A program made the translations under genes and the position numbers. Shown here one piece after another: positions 7,379 through 16,383 of a DNA stretch of 64,000 nucleotides. Source of the stretch: Dehalococcoidia bacterium (GTDB lineage Bacteria > Chloroflexota > Dehalococcoidia > Lucifugimonadales > JADFKI01). Where the stretch lies: NCBI GenBank assembly GCA_965203955.1, contig OZ241923.1, forward strand, positions 1,357,395 through 1,421,394, given 5' to 3'. How positions within the stretch are numbered: position 1 is the first letter of the stretch; every line of letters begins with the position of its first letter. Below the pieces are notes generated by a model. The model searched no databases. It was not told the origin of the DNA and worked only from the letters and a program-made list of their open reading frames with translations.

Positions 7379-8614
7379 ATGTTAGGGGGTAGAACAGTGA
7401 GAGAGCTTTACGAGTTGAAGGGCAAGGGGAGGTCGATACACGGGATAGCAGACGATCTCGGCATATCGAGGAACACGGTTCGCAAGTACGTGCGCTCACC
7501 GGGGGTTCCGAAGCCCACGGCCCGGTCGAAGCGTGGATCGAAGCTGGATGCGTACGCCGGCTACATAGACGTCAGGTTGGCGGAAGGGCTTGAGAACTGC
7601 GTGGTGTTGCTGCGTGAGATACAGGCGCTGGGCTACGACGGTGGCTACACGACACTGAAGAACTACGTGCATCCGAGGCGCAGGCCGAGACAGCCGAAGG
7701 CGACGGTACGGTTCGAGACAGCGCCCGGCGAGCAGGCGCAGGTGGACTGGGGAGTGGTCAGCTACGAGGGAGAGGACGGGCGCAAGCATCGTATGTGGGT
7801 GTTCGTGATGGTGCTGGGCTTCTCGCGTGCGATCTACGCGGAGTTCGTGCGTCGTGCGGATGTTCCGACGTTCATCCGGTGTCATCTGAACGCCTTCGAC
7901 TACTTCGGCGGAGAGCCGAGACGTTGCCTGTACGACAACGCCAAGGTGGTGGTGATTGAGCGTGACGAGGAGGGCGACCACGAGTGGAACAGTCGGATGC
8001 TGGACTTCGCGCGCAGGGTGGGCTTTGAGCTGAGGCTGTGCAAGCCGTACCGGGCGCAGACCAAGGGCAAGGTCGAGAGTGGAGTGAAGTACGTGAAGGG
8101 CAACTTCTGGCCGTCGGTGCGCTTTGGCGATGACGCCGACCTGAACCGGCAGGCACTGGCCTGGTGTGGCGAAATCGCCAACGAGCGAGTACACGGCACG
8201 ACCGGTCGAGTGCCGAAGGCGATGCTCGGCATCGAGCGCAGCAGTCTCGGTGCGCTGCCGGAGCGTTCAACCCTGGGCGTGTACCTACGCGAGGACCGCA
8301 AGGTGGGCAGGGACGGATACGTTAACTGGGACGGATCGCGCTACGGAGTGCCGTGGTCCTGGTCAGGGAGCACGGTGCAGGTGGGAGTGAGCGCCGGGAT
8401 GGTGGAGATATGGAGCGGTGATGAGAGGTTGGCGGTGCATCCGAGGGCACACAGGCGCGGACAGCGGCTGACGTTGCCCGGTCAGTGGGACGGACTGGTG
8501 AACGGGGACCAGAGCCCCAAGCGTGAGGCGCTGGCGGTGCAGGTGTCAGCTCAGCAAGTGGAGCGTCGATCGCTGGACATCTACCAGCTGCTAGCCGACG
8601 GAGGTGTGCGATGA
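7379..8614 (+). CDS. istA: IS21 family transposase IstA
   Basis: N-terminal HTH (GRSIHGIADDLGISRNTVRKYV) and a DDE region (QVDWG...DNAK...). The ORF track starts at 7337, and the start at 7379 has GGAGG upstream. Confidence 0.85.
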   Translation: MLGGRTVRELYELKGKGRSIHGIADDLGISRNTVRKYVRSPGVPKPTARSKRGSKLDAYAGYIDVRLAEGLENCVVLLREIQALGYDGGYTTLKNYVHPRRRPRQPKATVRFETAPGEQAQVDWGVVSYEGEDGRKHRMWVFVMVLGFSRAIYAEFVRRADVPTFIRCHLNAFDYFGGEPRRCLYDNAKVVVIERDEEGDHEWNSRMLDFARRVGFELRLCKPYRAQTKGKVESGVKYVKGNFWPSVRFGDDADLNRQALAWCGEIANERVHGTTGRVPKAMLGIERSSLGALPERSTLGVYLREDRKVGRDGYVNWDGSRYGVPWSWSGSTVQVGVSAGMVEIWSGDERLAVHPRAHRRGQRLTLPGQWDGLVNGDQSPKREALAVQVSAQQVERRSLDIYQLLADGGVR

Positions 8615-9411
8615 TAGCTCTGGAACAGGCACGCAGTCACCTGGAGACACTGGGGATGACACAGGCTATGGAGGTACTGGACAGCAGACTGGACGACGCG
8701 GCAAGGAAGCAACTGCCGTATCCTGAGATGCTCGCCGACCTGCTGGGAGTGGAGGTAACCGCTCGCAGGGAGCGCTACATGACCACCAGGACGCGCCTGG
8801 CACATCTGCCCTTCAGGCGCACTCTGGAGGAGTTCGACTTCGGCTTCCAGCCCTCGATAGACGAGAGGCAGGTGAAGGAGCTCGCCACACTCGCCTTCGT
8901 GGCGGAAGCATCGAACCTCCTGCTGCTGGGACCTCCCGGAGTGGGTAAGACACACCTTGCGGTGGCGCTTGCTCTGAAGTCGATAGAGAACGGGTACGGC
9001 GCTTACTTCGTCCGTGCATACGACCTGATGGAGGATCTGAGGAAGGCGAGAGCAGAGCACAGGCTGGACCGGCGTATGCGCGTGTACCTGTCGCCCAAGG
9101 TGCTGATAGTGGACGAGTTCGGCATCTGGCCATACGACAGGGAGTCGGCTACTGCGTTCTTCAGCCTGGTGTCTGCGAGATACGAGAAGGGCAGCATCAT
9201 ACTGACGTCGAACAAGGGCTTCGCAGACTGGGGAGAACTGTTGGGGGACACCGTGATAGCCACTGCGATCCTCGACAGGCTGCTGCACCACAGTCACGTC
9301 ATCAACATCCGCGGCGAGAGTTACAGGCTAAAGGACAAGCGCCAAGCCGGTCTGCTTACATCGCACCGGCTGATGACATCAACATCGGAGGAGACACCTG
9401 TAGAGGTGTAA
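8611..9411 (+). CDS. istB: IS21 helper ATPase IstB
   Basis: Walker A GPPGVGKTH and Walker B LIVDEFG. ATGA overlap with istA. Confidence 0.85.
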   Translation: MIALEQARSHLETLGMTQAMEVLDSRLDDAARKQLPYPEMLADLLGVEVTARRERYMTTRTRLAHLPFRRTLEEFDFGFQPSIDERQVKELATLAFVAEASNLLLLGPPGVGKTHLAVALALKSIENGYGAYFVRAYDLMEDLRKARAEHRLDRRMRVYLSPKVLIVDEFGIWPYDRESATAFFSLVSARYEKGSIILTSNKGFADWGELLGDTVIATAILDRLLHHSHVINIRGESYRLKDKRQAGLLTSHRLMTSTSEETPVEV

Positions 9412-9836
9412 AAGGACGAGGGTGGGTCAAATCTAAGTTGGCGAAAACGCACAAAAGCAGCTTGGCGTTGACACTGGCACACTCCTTACTCAACATAACA
9501 TAGACGATAAAGGGAATATACGCCCCCATTCGTGCTATTGTCAATCTGCTCGTGAAATCTGCAAGTTATCCTGTAAACCGTCAGCGTAACCGTCTCGGCC
9601 AAGTGCTGTCAGTTTGCCGCGGCATTACACTTCAAGAATCCAGCAGGTTAAGCTACCCGCCCGTGTGAAAGCTCCTGTCGGCAGCAGGAAGTGCTTTCAT
9701 CTGCTTTCGCAGATATTCTGTAGAGCTAAACAGACCGACGTTTCACAACGGCACACTCTGTGTCAGGATGGCAGCCTGTGTGAACTAGTACCAAGTCCGC
9801 CTGATATTGGCACAAGTATAAGAAATGGGTTAGATT

Positions 9837-10987
9837 GTGGCGCATCTTACAATGAGGATGTCGCCGAATATGACCGCAAGAAAGTACAGAGTGGAGTTGA
9901 CCGAGTCCCAGAAGCGCCGGCTGAATGAAGTGGCCCACCGAGGCAGATCGCCGGCGCGCACGGTCAAGCGAGCGCTGGCGCTGCTGAAGGCTGACGAAGG
10001 ACAGACCGACGGACGCATAGCCGAAGCGCTGTCGCTCAGCAGGCGCACGGTCGTAAGGATACGCAAGCGCTTCTGCGAGGAGGGACTCGAGAGATCACTG
10101 ACCGAGTTGGCGCGTCCCGGACAGAAGCGCAAGCTGGATGAGCGTGCGGAGGCGCATCTTGTGGCCATAGCGTGCAGTGATCCTCCCGAGGGCCATACCC
10201 ACTGGACGCTGAAGTTGCTTGCGGACAAGGCCGTGGAGTTGGGCTATGTGAAGAGCGTAGCGCGCGAGACGGTGCGTCAGAGCTTGAAAAAAACGAACTC
10301 AAGCCGTGGAAGAACAAGGCGTGGTGCATCCCTGAACTGAGCGGGGAGTTCGTTGCAAGGATGGAAGATGTGTTGGACCTGTACGAGGAGGAGTATGATG
10401 CTGCGCGACCTGTGGTGTGCTTCGATGAGACATCCAAGCAGTTGATCGGACATACGAGAGCGGCCATCGGCACGCAGGTGGGGAGAGTTCGGCGTTACGA
10501 CTACGAGTACAGGCGTAACGGGACGCGCAACCTGTTCGTCTTCTGCGAGCCAAAAGGTGGATGGAGACATGTGGAGGTTACCCAGCGGCGCACTGCGGTG
10601 GACTTCGCTGAGCAGATGAGATGGCTGGTGGATGAGGCGTATCCCGACGCCAAGGTGGTCAGGGTTGTGCTGGACAACCTGAACACTCACAAGTTCGGTT
10701 CGCTGTATGAGGCGTATGAACCTGTTGAGGCGAGGCGCATAGCGCGGAGGCTGGAGTTTCACTACACACCTAAGCAGGGGAGTTGGCTGAATATGGCGGA
10801 GATAGAATTGAGCGTGTTCAGTAAGCAGTGCCTGAGAGGACGAATCGGTGACGAACAGACGCTCAGACTGCACATAGCCGCACTTGAGCGGGAGCGCAAC
10901 TCCGTTGGCGCGACAATAGACTGGCGGTTCAGTTCTCAGGACGCTCGCGTGAAACTCAACCGGGTCTATCCAGAGCCAAAGTTATAA
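9837..10987 (+). CDS. IS630 family transposase, two frames joined by -1 frameshift
   Basis: The orfA HTH part (9837-10340) and the DDE part (10361-10987) overlap. The second frame is open back to 10286 (KKNELKPWKNKAWCIPE), one nt behind frame 1. Confidence 0.8.
10287..10293 (+). promoter_or_regulatory. A7 slippery run, putative programmed -1 ribosomal frameshift site of the IS630 transposase
   Basis: TTG AAA AAA ACG in frame 1. Slipping back one nt gives ...LKKKNELKPW... continuous with the DDE domain. Confidence 0.6.
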
Positions 10988-11008
10988 ATAGAATGGCGCG
11001 TGTCATCA

Positions 11009-12570
11009 TCAAGTGGACTTGGTACTAGTCGTATCCGCCCCACTGCCGGGAATGTCCTGCCACGCGCCTCTCTCGCTATCGTCCAGCCGGTACTGGTACT
11101 TGGTGATGCTGTCGTCCTGCGGGTCGTTCCATCTGATAGTCGCGCTCTCGTATCCTGCGGTGGAGGTGAATCCTCTGGGCTTATCCGGAGCGCCGGCCGC
11201 GGCCGGGCAGTCGGGCATGTACATCTGACCCGATGACGCGGTGGGCTGACCCCACGCGGCTTTCCAAGTGATTCCGTCACCATAGGCGAACAGACGAAAT
11301 TCGTAAGAAGATTCACATGCCAGGCCGACAGGAAGCCCCCGCAATGAGTCCCATCCTGTCGTCCCGGACCTTCCGTCTTCGGTGAGCGTCGCCCAAGCCT
11401 CTCCGCCTCTGGCGAGGTATTCTATGCGGTAGCTGGCAATCCCGATGCGTGAAGGGGACCATAGGAAGGTTATATTGTTGTGAGTGTCGGAGACACGTAC
11501 ACGGAATCCGTCGGGAGTGGGCGGGGGAACGTCCGGGTTTAGCGTGGCGTGCGGGCCTTCATTCGTAGTGAGGCCCGTATGGTCCGGGTAGCACATCGTG
11601 TTCGCGGAATCGTCGCTGTTCGTACCATCGGGACATATCGTGTTGCTCCAGACGGCGTTGCTGATGTCGGCTGTCGCCCCCAAGCGCGCGCGGATGAGAT
11701 TGGCGTTGGTGAAATTTAGCTTCGACCATTCGTAGCCACCGCCGCTGAGGTCCGCATCGGTGAGGTCAGCTCCACTGAAGTTCGTATCGGTGAAACCGGA
11801 ACCGCTGAGGTCCGCATTCGTGAGAGTAGCTCCACTGAAGTTCGTCTGGGGGAATGAAGAGCCGTCGAGAACCGCGCCGGTGAGAGTGGCTTCACTGAAG
11901 TTCGTATTGGTGAAATTGTAACCACTAAGGTTCGCATTCGTGAGATTGGCGCTGCTGAAGTTCGCCGAGCGCCAGCTGACGCCCGAACCTGCAAGGTCCG
12001 CCTTCGCTAGATAGCAGCCGCTGAGGTCCTTGCTGGGCGGATCGAACCGCGCGGTCGTCGTATCGGAGTCCGAACATCGCGCCGGCTGGGAAGTAACAGC
12101 GGGGCCGTATTCCTCCTCGGCGGCGGGCAGGCCGTCCACGGTGAGAGTGAACTCGCCCGTCGCTTCCGTAGCGTAGGTCGTCGCCTCGACGGTGTAGTCG
12201 CCGGAGTCGAGCGTAACCTCGATGCGCGAGTTGTAGTGAGCGCCGCCCGAGTTGATGTCATCGTTCTCGCTCAGGACATCTCCCTCGCCATCTAGCAGGA
12301 AGAGGTACGGGTCCGTCGCCGATTCCAGCGTTATGACTACATCCAATCGCTCGGTGAGGGTGAGCGAGTAGGAGCGGGCGTAGCGGGTGCCCGAAGGGAG
12401 ATCCGTTGGCACGTTTTCGGACAGGCAGTCGCTTGTCCAAGAGCCGCTGACAGACTCATTATTGCCCATCGACTGAGCGCATTCGGACTGCGCGTCCGCA
12501 ACGCCCGGGAAGCAAAGACGCCCAGCGCGACGATGGCAAGCAGAATGGCGAGTATCGATTTAGAGCTCAT
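11009..12570 (-). pseudogene. secreted PPC-domain / pentapeptide-repeat / FN3 protein, apparently disrupted (5' frameshift, 3' end inside IS630)
   Basis: Signal peptide MSSKSILAILLAIVALGVFAS (12570-) is in a different frame from the 486-aa body, with the shift near CCCGGG at 12504-12509. The body has DYTVEATTYATEATGEFTLTV, about 20 pentapeptide repeats (ANLTNANLSGYNFTNTNFSEATL...) and FN3-like ends. The last 4 codons and the stop come from the IS630 end. Confidence 0.55.
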
Positions 12571-12864
12571 ATTCGGGGAGGGGGGGTAATTCCAAGCAAT
12601 AGTTCACCTCGACGAATCTGTTAAGGGAAAATTCGCTAATAGCGTCCCACAATTATACCCTGCGCTACAGTGACATAGGGATGACTTTAAGCACAATATA
12701 AATGACGTTGAGGTGCAATTTGGGGAGAGTGCAGAATGGCGCCGGGTTAGATGCAGACAAGCAACAGGTAGTGTTGGCGCAGTCAGCCTACGCCAGTGCT
12801 GGCTGCCGCTCTTTCGTCAGCCAGTACGCATGAGCGCAGTGTAGAGGGATGTTTCGAGCGCAGG

Positions 12865-13188
12865 CTAGACGTTGAAGCCGTAGTCGCGCTCGACTTTTGC
12901 CACGCGCACCTTGTAACTCTTGTAGTAGGTGTCGCGGCCCCGCTGCTGGATGATGAGGTGCTCGGCGAGTTCCTTGAACTTGCGGATGGTCTCGTCGCTG
13001 TCCCAGTAGGAGACGGCGATGCTGAGGTCGTCATCGCCTGCCGCCTCGACGCCAAGGAAGCCGGGGTGATTCTTCGCGAGTTCCAGGATGGTCTCGGTGT
13101 CCTCGGCGTAGCCCTCGTGCGCCCCGGTATGCGTAGATGAGAATATCGCCGCGTAGTACGGGGGCTGAGGTGTGTTTGCCTGTGCCAT
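12865..13188 (-). CDS. antibiotic biosynthesis monooxygenase (ABM) domain protein
   Basis: 107 aa with a ferredoxin-like ABM pattern (PGFLGVEAA...SIAVSYWDSDETIRKF). Confidence 0.55.
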   Translation of the reverse strand: MAQANTPQPPYYAAIFSSTHTGAHEGYAEDTETILELAKNHPGFLGVEAAGDDDLSIAVSYWDSDETIRKFKELAEHLIIQQRGRDTYYKSYKVRVAKVERDYGFNV

Positions 13189-13262
13189 GTGTCAACCTCT
13201 TTGTAAGTAAGGTGTTGTCAATTAGGTGTTGGTTAAGTTCAGTATTACTTCTTGATGCAGGT

Positions 13263-13302
13263 TCACCCCCATCCTAACCTTCCCCCATCAAGTGGGAAGG
13301 GA
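13263..13302 (+). repeat. palindromic repeat family B (CACCCCCATCCTAACCTTCCCCCATCRAGGGGGAAGGG)
   Basis: TCACCCCCATCCTAACCTTCCCCCATCAAGTGGGAAGGGAC. Confidence 0.85.
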
Positions 13303-13311
13303 CGGGTGAGG

Positions 13312-14733
13312 CTACCTGCGCGCTATGTCCAGCGCGAATGGTCGAGGACCTACCGCAAGCCCGAAGCTTTCATCTTCGGGCAGACGGCTTGCTCCGCGCG
13401 GCGTGAACCTGTACTTGTGAAGCAGTCTGCAAGCCTGAAGCCATATCACGATTTCGGCAAAGCCTTGCCCCGGACAGCCGCGCCGTCCCGTCCCGAAGGG
13501 CATGAACGCGCCGCTTGTCAGCGCGGGCGGGGGAGCGCCGTCCCCGGAAAACAGAAAGCGTTCGGGAGTGAACTCGTCCGGGGAATCCCAGAACCTGTCG
13601 TCGTTGTGGATGGCGTAGATGTTGCCCAGCACCTGCGCGTCCTTCGGGATGATGTAGCCGTCGAGTTCGACATCCTCGATTGCCTTGTGCGGCAGTCCCA
13701 GAGGTCCCACGGTGCGGTAGCGCATGCTTTCCAGGATAACCGCGTGCAGGTAGGGAAGGCTGCTCTGATGCTCCATGCCCGGCCTCTCGTCCGCGCCCAC
13801 GGCCGCTTTCAGTTCCTCATGCGCGCGCTCCTGGATATGCTGCCGGTTGGCGAGTATGAGCAGCAGCCATGCGGTCGTCTGCGCCGTGGTGTCTATGCCT
13901 GCTACCAGCAGATCGCCTATCAGGCTTCGCATAGACTCGTAGGTGATTTCTTCCCGCTCTACGCTCGCCAGCATTACTTCGACAAGAGATGTCGGAGCGT
14001 TCAGATTCAGGTCCGGGCGCTCTTTCACCTTGTCAATCAGAAAATCGATAACCTCGCTCATCTGATTCGAGATTTTCTCCGCTTCTTCCAATGCGCGATT
14101 GGGGAGGAACTTGAGCGCGGGGATGTAGTCGGCAGGATTCGCGGCGGTGGCGTTAGAGAAGAACCAGAATACGGTTTCGAGAAGGTCGTCCAGCTTCTCG
14201 TGGAACTCTGCCGTATCGCTCTCACCCCTGCCGAATATGGCGCGAAACATCATTTCGCCGTTGGCACGGGGCAGAAAGTCGCGCGGTTCCAGAGGGGTTC
14301 CCGCGTCGCACATTCGGCCCACCCGATCTACAAGGGCGTTCACCGACTCTTCGATGTAGCGTTCGCGTATGTCCTGAACACGCCTGTAACTGAGCAGTTC
14401 CCTGTTGGCGAAACGCTGGAGTTGCCGCCAGTATTCGCCATAGGGCGCGAAAGCCAAGTCTTCGCCTTTGGTCACTATATCGGTAATCCTGCTGACCCAC
14501 CTGTCGGCAAGCGCAACCCTGCTGAAGGCGTCTCGCAGCAGCGCCGGGTGGCTGATGACTATGGTTGGCACGCTGCCGAGCCGGACGGTGCAGACATCGC
14601 CGTACTCCCGCGAGATGCGCGCCAAGGCATGATGCGGGTTCTTACGCAGGCTCAACATAGAGCCTATGATGGGCAGCCCCCTGGGGCCGGGCGGCATTTT
14701 CATGTTGCCGCTGGACACGGTTTGCCGCGCCAT
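13312..14733 (-). CDS. cytochrome P450
   Basis: 473 aa. Heme-binding loop FMPFGTGRRGCPGQGFA, ExxR (ESMR), and I-helix AGIDTTAQT. SD is AGGAGG. Confidence 0.9.
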   Translation of the reverse strand: MARQTVSSGNMKMPPGPRGLPIIGSMLSLRKNPHHALARISREYGDVCTVRLGSVPTIVISHPALLRDAFSRVALADRWVSRITDIVTKGEDLAFAPYGEYWRQLQRFANRELLSYRRVQDIRERYIEESVNALVDRVGRMCDAGTPLEPRDFLPRANGEMMFRAIFGRGESDTAEFHEKLDDLLETVFWFFSNATAANPADYIPALKFLPNRALEEAEKISNQMSEVIDFLIDKVKERPDLNLNAPTSLVEVMLASVEREEITYESMRSLIGDLLVAGIDTTAQTTAWLLLILANRQHIQERAHEELKAAVGADERPGMEHQSSLPYLHAVILESMRYRTVGPLGLPHKAIEDVELDGYIIPKDAQVLGNIYAIHNDDRFWDSPDEFTPERFLFSGDGAPPPALTSGAFMPFGTGRRGCPGQGFAEIVIWLQACRLLHKYRFTPRGASRLPEDESFGLAVGPRPFALDIARR

Positions 14734-14788
14734 AGAATCCTCCTAGACCGGGGCGACGACAACTTGTGCCCAAGCTTCCGCAGGTAAT

Positions 14789-15334
14789 TTACCTGCCCGT
14801 GAGAATAGTGACGACCGTGTCGAAGATTTCGTCGGCATGTATGCGAAGCTGCTCCTCGCTCAACCCCGCGATTGGATGCGGCGTGAAAATCACCGGATAG
14901 CCGGACGCGCCCCACATCGCTGCCATCGAGTTCGATGTCTCAATGAATCGGTCGGTGCAGATCGTAACCGAAGGGATGCCTGCCTTTTCAACGTGAACTC
15001 CGTCGTGCACACTGCACGCGCTGCAGGACCCTCAATCGCCTATGCCGACAATCACATAGTCGCACTCCTTCGCCATCTCCGCGACCACGGCGGGGTCGGC
15101 GGGCTTGGATGCGGAGGGTTTGGCGTGGTACTTGATGCTGGTGATACCGAAGCGCTCATCGAGCAGGTCGGTGAGCTGCTCAAGGTACTCTTTGGCATTG
15201 ACCTTGCTGTCGTCGATGACACCCACGCGCTTGTCGTGCAGGTCGTCAAGGCGTGGCGCGCCCTCAAACTCGGGCACTATCGGCAGCGTCGTCGGGTCAA
15301 CGAGCACATAGCGTTGTCGGGTTTCTACGACCAT
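14789..15334 (-). CDS. UGSC family selenoprotein (in-frame TGA = Sec at 15032-15034)
   Basis: ORFs 15032-15436 and 14789-15010 are in the same frame and separated only by TGA. The junction reads VIVGIGD-U-GSCSACSVHDG. ATG at 15334 is preceded by AGGAGG. Confidence 0.7.
15003..15031 (-). promoter_or_regulatory. candidate bacterial SECIS hairpin immediately 3' of the UGA
   Basis: mRNA reads UGA GGGUCCUGCAGCGCGUGCAGUGUGCACGAC. Alternative stems are CUGCA/UGCAG and CGUGCA-GUG-UGCACG, starting about 6-13 nt after UGA. Confidence 0.45.
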
Positions 15335-15369
15335 GTTGTCCTCCTGTTGAGGTATGAGTTTCTGAAAGT

Positions 15370-15549
15370 TTAATCGAACAGCATTATAGCGGCTACGATA
15401 ACTGCGGTCGCCACGGTTATCATGAAGCCGGTCCACTTCATCATGTCCGCTTTGGCTTCGGCTACGTCCGCTTTAGTCGCCATGTACTTGATTGCTTCTT
15501 CGATTCTGATGAGTCGCTCATCGCGCGAGGGCTGTGGCTCAGCGGCCAT
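15370..15549 (-). CDS. small tail-anchored coiled-coil membrane protein (59 aa, below the ORF-track cutoff)
   Basis: MAAEPQPSRDERLIRIEEAIKYMATKADVAEAKADMMKWTGFMITVATAVIVAAIMLFD. SD GAAGGAG lies 8 nt upstream. The tail is DUF1640-like (ATKAD..KADMMKW + TM). Confidence 0.5.
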   Translation of the reverse strand: MAAEPQPSRDERLIRIEEAIKYMATKADVAEAKADMMKWTGFMITVATAVIVAAIMLFD

Positions 15550-15576
15550 TGTTGAAACTCCTTCAGCCTAGTGGAA

Positions 15577-15942
15577 TCACTGCTGCACACGCTGGAACAG
15601 CGCTTCGCGCAAACCATCAAGCAGCCCTTCGAGCCGGGCCTGTCGCTGCTCGATAGAAGCCATTCGGGCATTAGTGATGCGAAGCTCTTCATGCATATCG
15701 GCGAAGCCTTTGTCGGCGCGCGCTTGCAATTCTTCAAGTCTTGCGTTATTACGCGCCTCTGACGCTACTATTTCTGCCTTAGTGCGAGCCTCAGAATCCT
15801 CAATGTCCCTTTTGGTGCCGGCTTCGAGTGCATCAATCCGTTTGTGCATGCGATTTTGCGAGGTCAAAATCAGCCCTCCAAGCGCAACTCCAACGCCCAG
15901 TATCGCAACTACTACTACGATAATATCAGGTGTCATCGACAT
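15577..15942 (-). CDS. N-terminally anchored coiled-coil membrane protein
   Basis: 121 aa. TM IIVVVVAILGVGVALGGLIL followed by a long heptad-rich helix. Confidence 0.5.
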   Translation of the reverse strand: MSMTPDIIVVVVAILGVGVALGGLILTSQNRMHKRIDALEAGTKRDIEDSEARTKAEIVASEARNNARLEELQARADKGFADMHEELRITNARMASIEQRQARLEGLLDGLREALFQRVQQ

Positions 15943-15977
15943 CCCTTCGTGTTGCTTGTCACTTCGCAGACTGTGCC

Positions 15978-16217
15978 TTAGACGCCCATCGCGCAGGCAC
16001 AGCCACCGCCTGCGCCACCACCGCAGCAGCCGCCTACGCCCGCGACGGCGCTGGTCTGGCCGCTGCCGTCCGCTGAGAATGCCGCGAAGACCGAGAAGAC
16101 GCGGCGCGACTCGCTGCCGCAGTCGGGGCAGGGCGCGGGATCGTTCATCTGGCTCATGGAGCGGCGCTTGTCGAAGCGGTTGTGGCAGGTAACGCAGGTG
16201 TATTCGTAGATGGGCAT
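15978..16217 (-). CDS. FmdB family zinc-ribbon protein
   Basis: [16 protein letters not shown]...CPDCGS and a Gly/Cys-rich tail. Confidence 0.75.
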   Translation of the reverse strand: MPIYEYTCVTCHNRFDKRRSMSQMNDPAPCPDCGSESRRVFSVFAAFSADGSGQTSAVAGVGGCCGGGAGGGCACAMGV

Positions 16218-16227
16218 GGCAAGTCCT

Positions 16228-16266
16228 CAGTCGGTTTTCAGTTTAGAGTTATCAGTTGTCAGTATA
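16228..16266 (-). repeat. 7-nt-phased TGA-rich low-complexity spacer (ACTGACAACTGATAAC type)
   Basis: Minus strand reads ATACTGACAACTGATAACTCTAAACTGAAAACCGACTG, directly upstream of the FmdB gene. Confidence 0.7.
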
Positions 16267-16383
16267 TTAGTAGAACCTCTGCTTCATTCTAGGGTTATGA
16301 TTGCGTCAGGTCAACTGAGCGGCGATAATGGGAACACTCCATTTTACTGTACATTCCTTAGTTCTATTGCAGAAGGACTTGTA

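Larger units (their letters stand above)
7274..9481 (+). mobile_element. IS21 family insertion sequence (istA + istB), about 2.2 kb
   Basis: Imperfect terminal inverted repeats: TGTTAGCGCCAAG...TCGCCAAGTTGGAATTGACCCACCCC (7274-7328) versus the reverse complement of 9420-9481 (TGTGCCAGTG..CGCCAAG...TCGCCAACTTAGATTTGACCCACCC). Ends are TG...CA. Boundaries are approximate. Confidence 0.75.
9788..11025 (+). mobile_element. IS630 family insertion sequence (1238 bp) flanked by TA target duplication
   Basis: Terminal inverted repeats GTACCAAGTCCGCCTGAT (9788-) and ATCAAGTGGACTTGGTAC (-11025). TA at 9786-9787 and at 11026-11027. Confidence 0.8.

Noticed and set aside
7266-9496. A candidate IS21 target-site duplication, CTCAATAT (7266-7273) versus CTCAACAT (9489-9496).
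   Set aside because: The right-hand copy is 7 nt away from the best inverted-repeat end and carries one mismatch. The true ends cannot be fixed without other copies, so it is not reported as a feature.
9667-9714. Two adjacent hairpins (GAAAGCTCCTG...CAGGAAGTGCTTTC and ATCTGC-TTTC-GCAGAT) considered as the terminator of the pentapeptide/FN3 gene.
   Set aside because: There is no U-tract on either strand. The structures are plausible but not a classical intrinsic terminator, so they are left unannotated.
15462-15737. A 91-aa minus-strand ORF overlapping both the 59-aa and the 121-aa genes.
   Set aside because: It is out of frame with two ORFs that have better signals (SD, TM plus coiled-coil architecture). 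It has no motif of its own.
16210-16383. The N-terminal 58-codon extension of trpB given by the ORF track.
   Set aside because: The extension runs through a heptad spacer and has no similarity to TrpB N-termini. The canonical TrpB sequence begins at [16 protein letters not shown] (16384).
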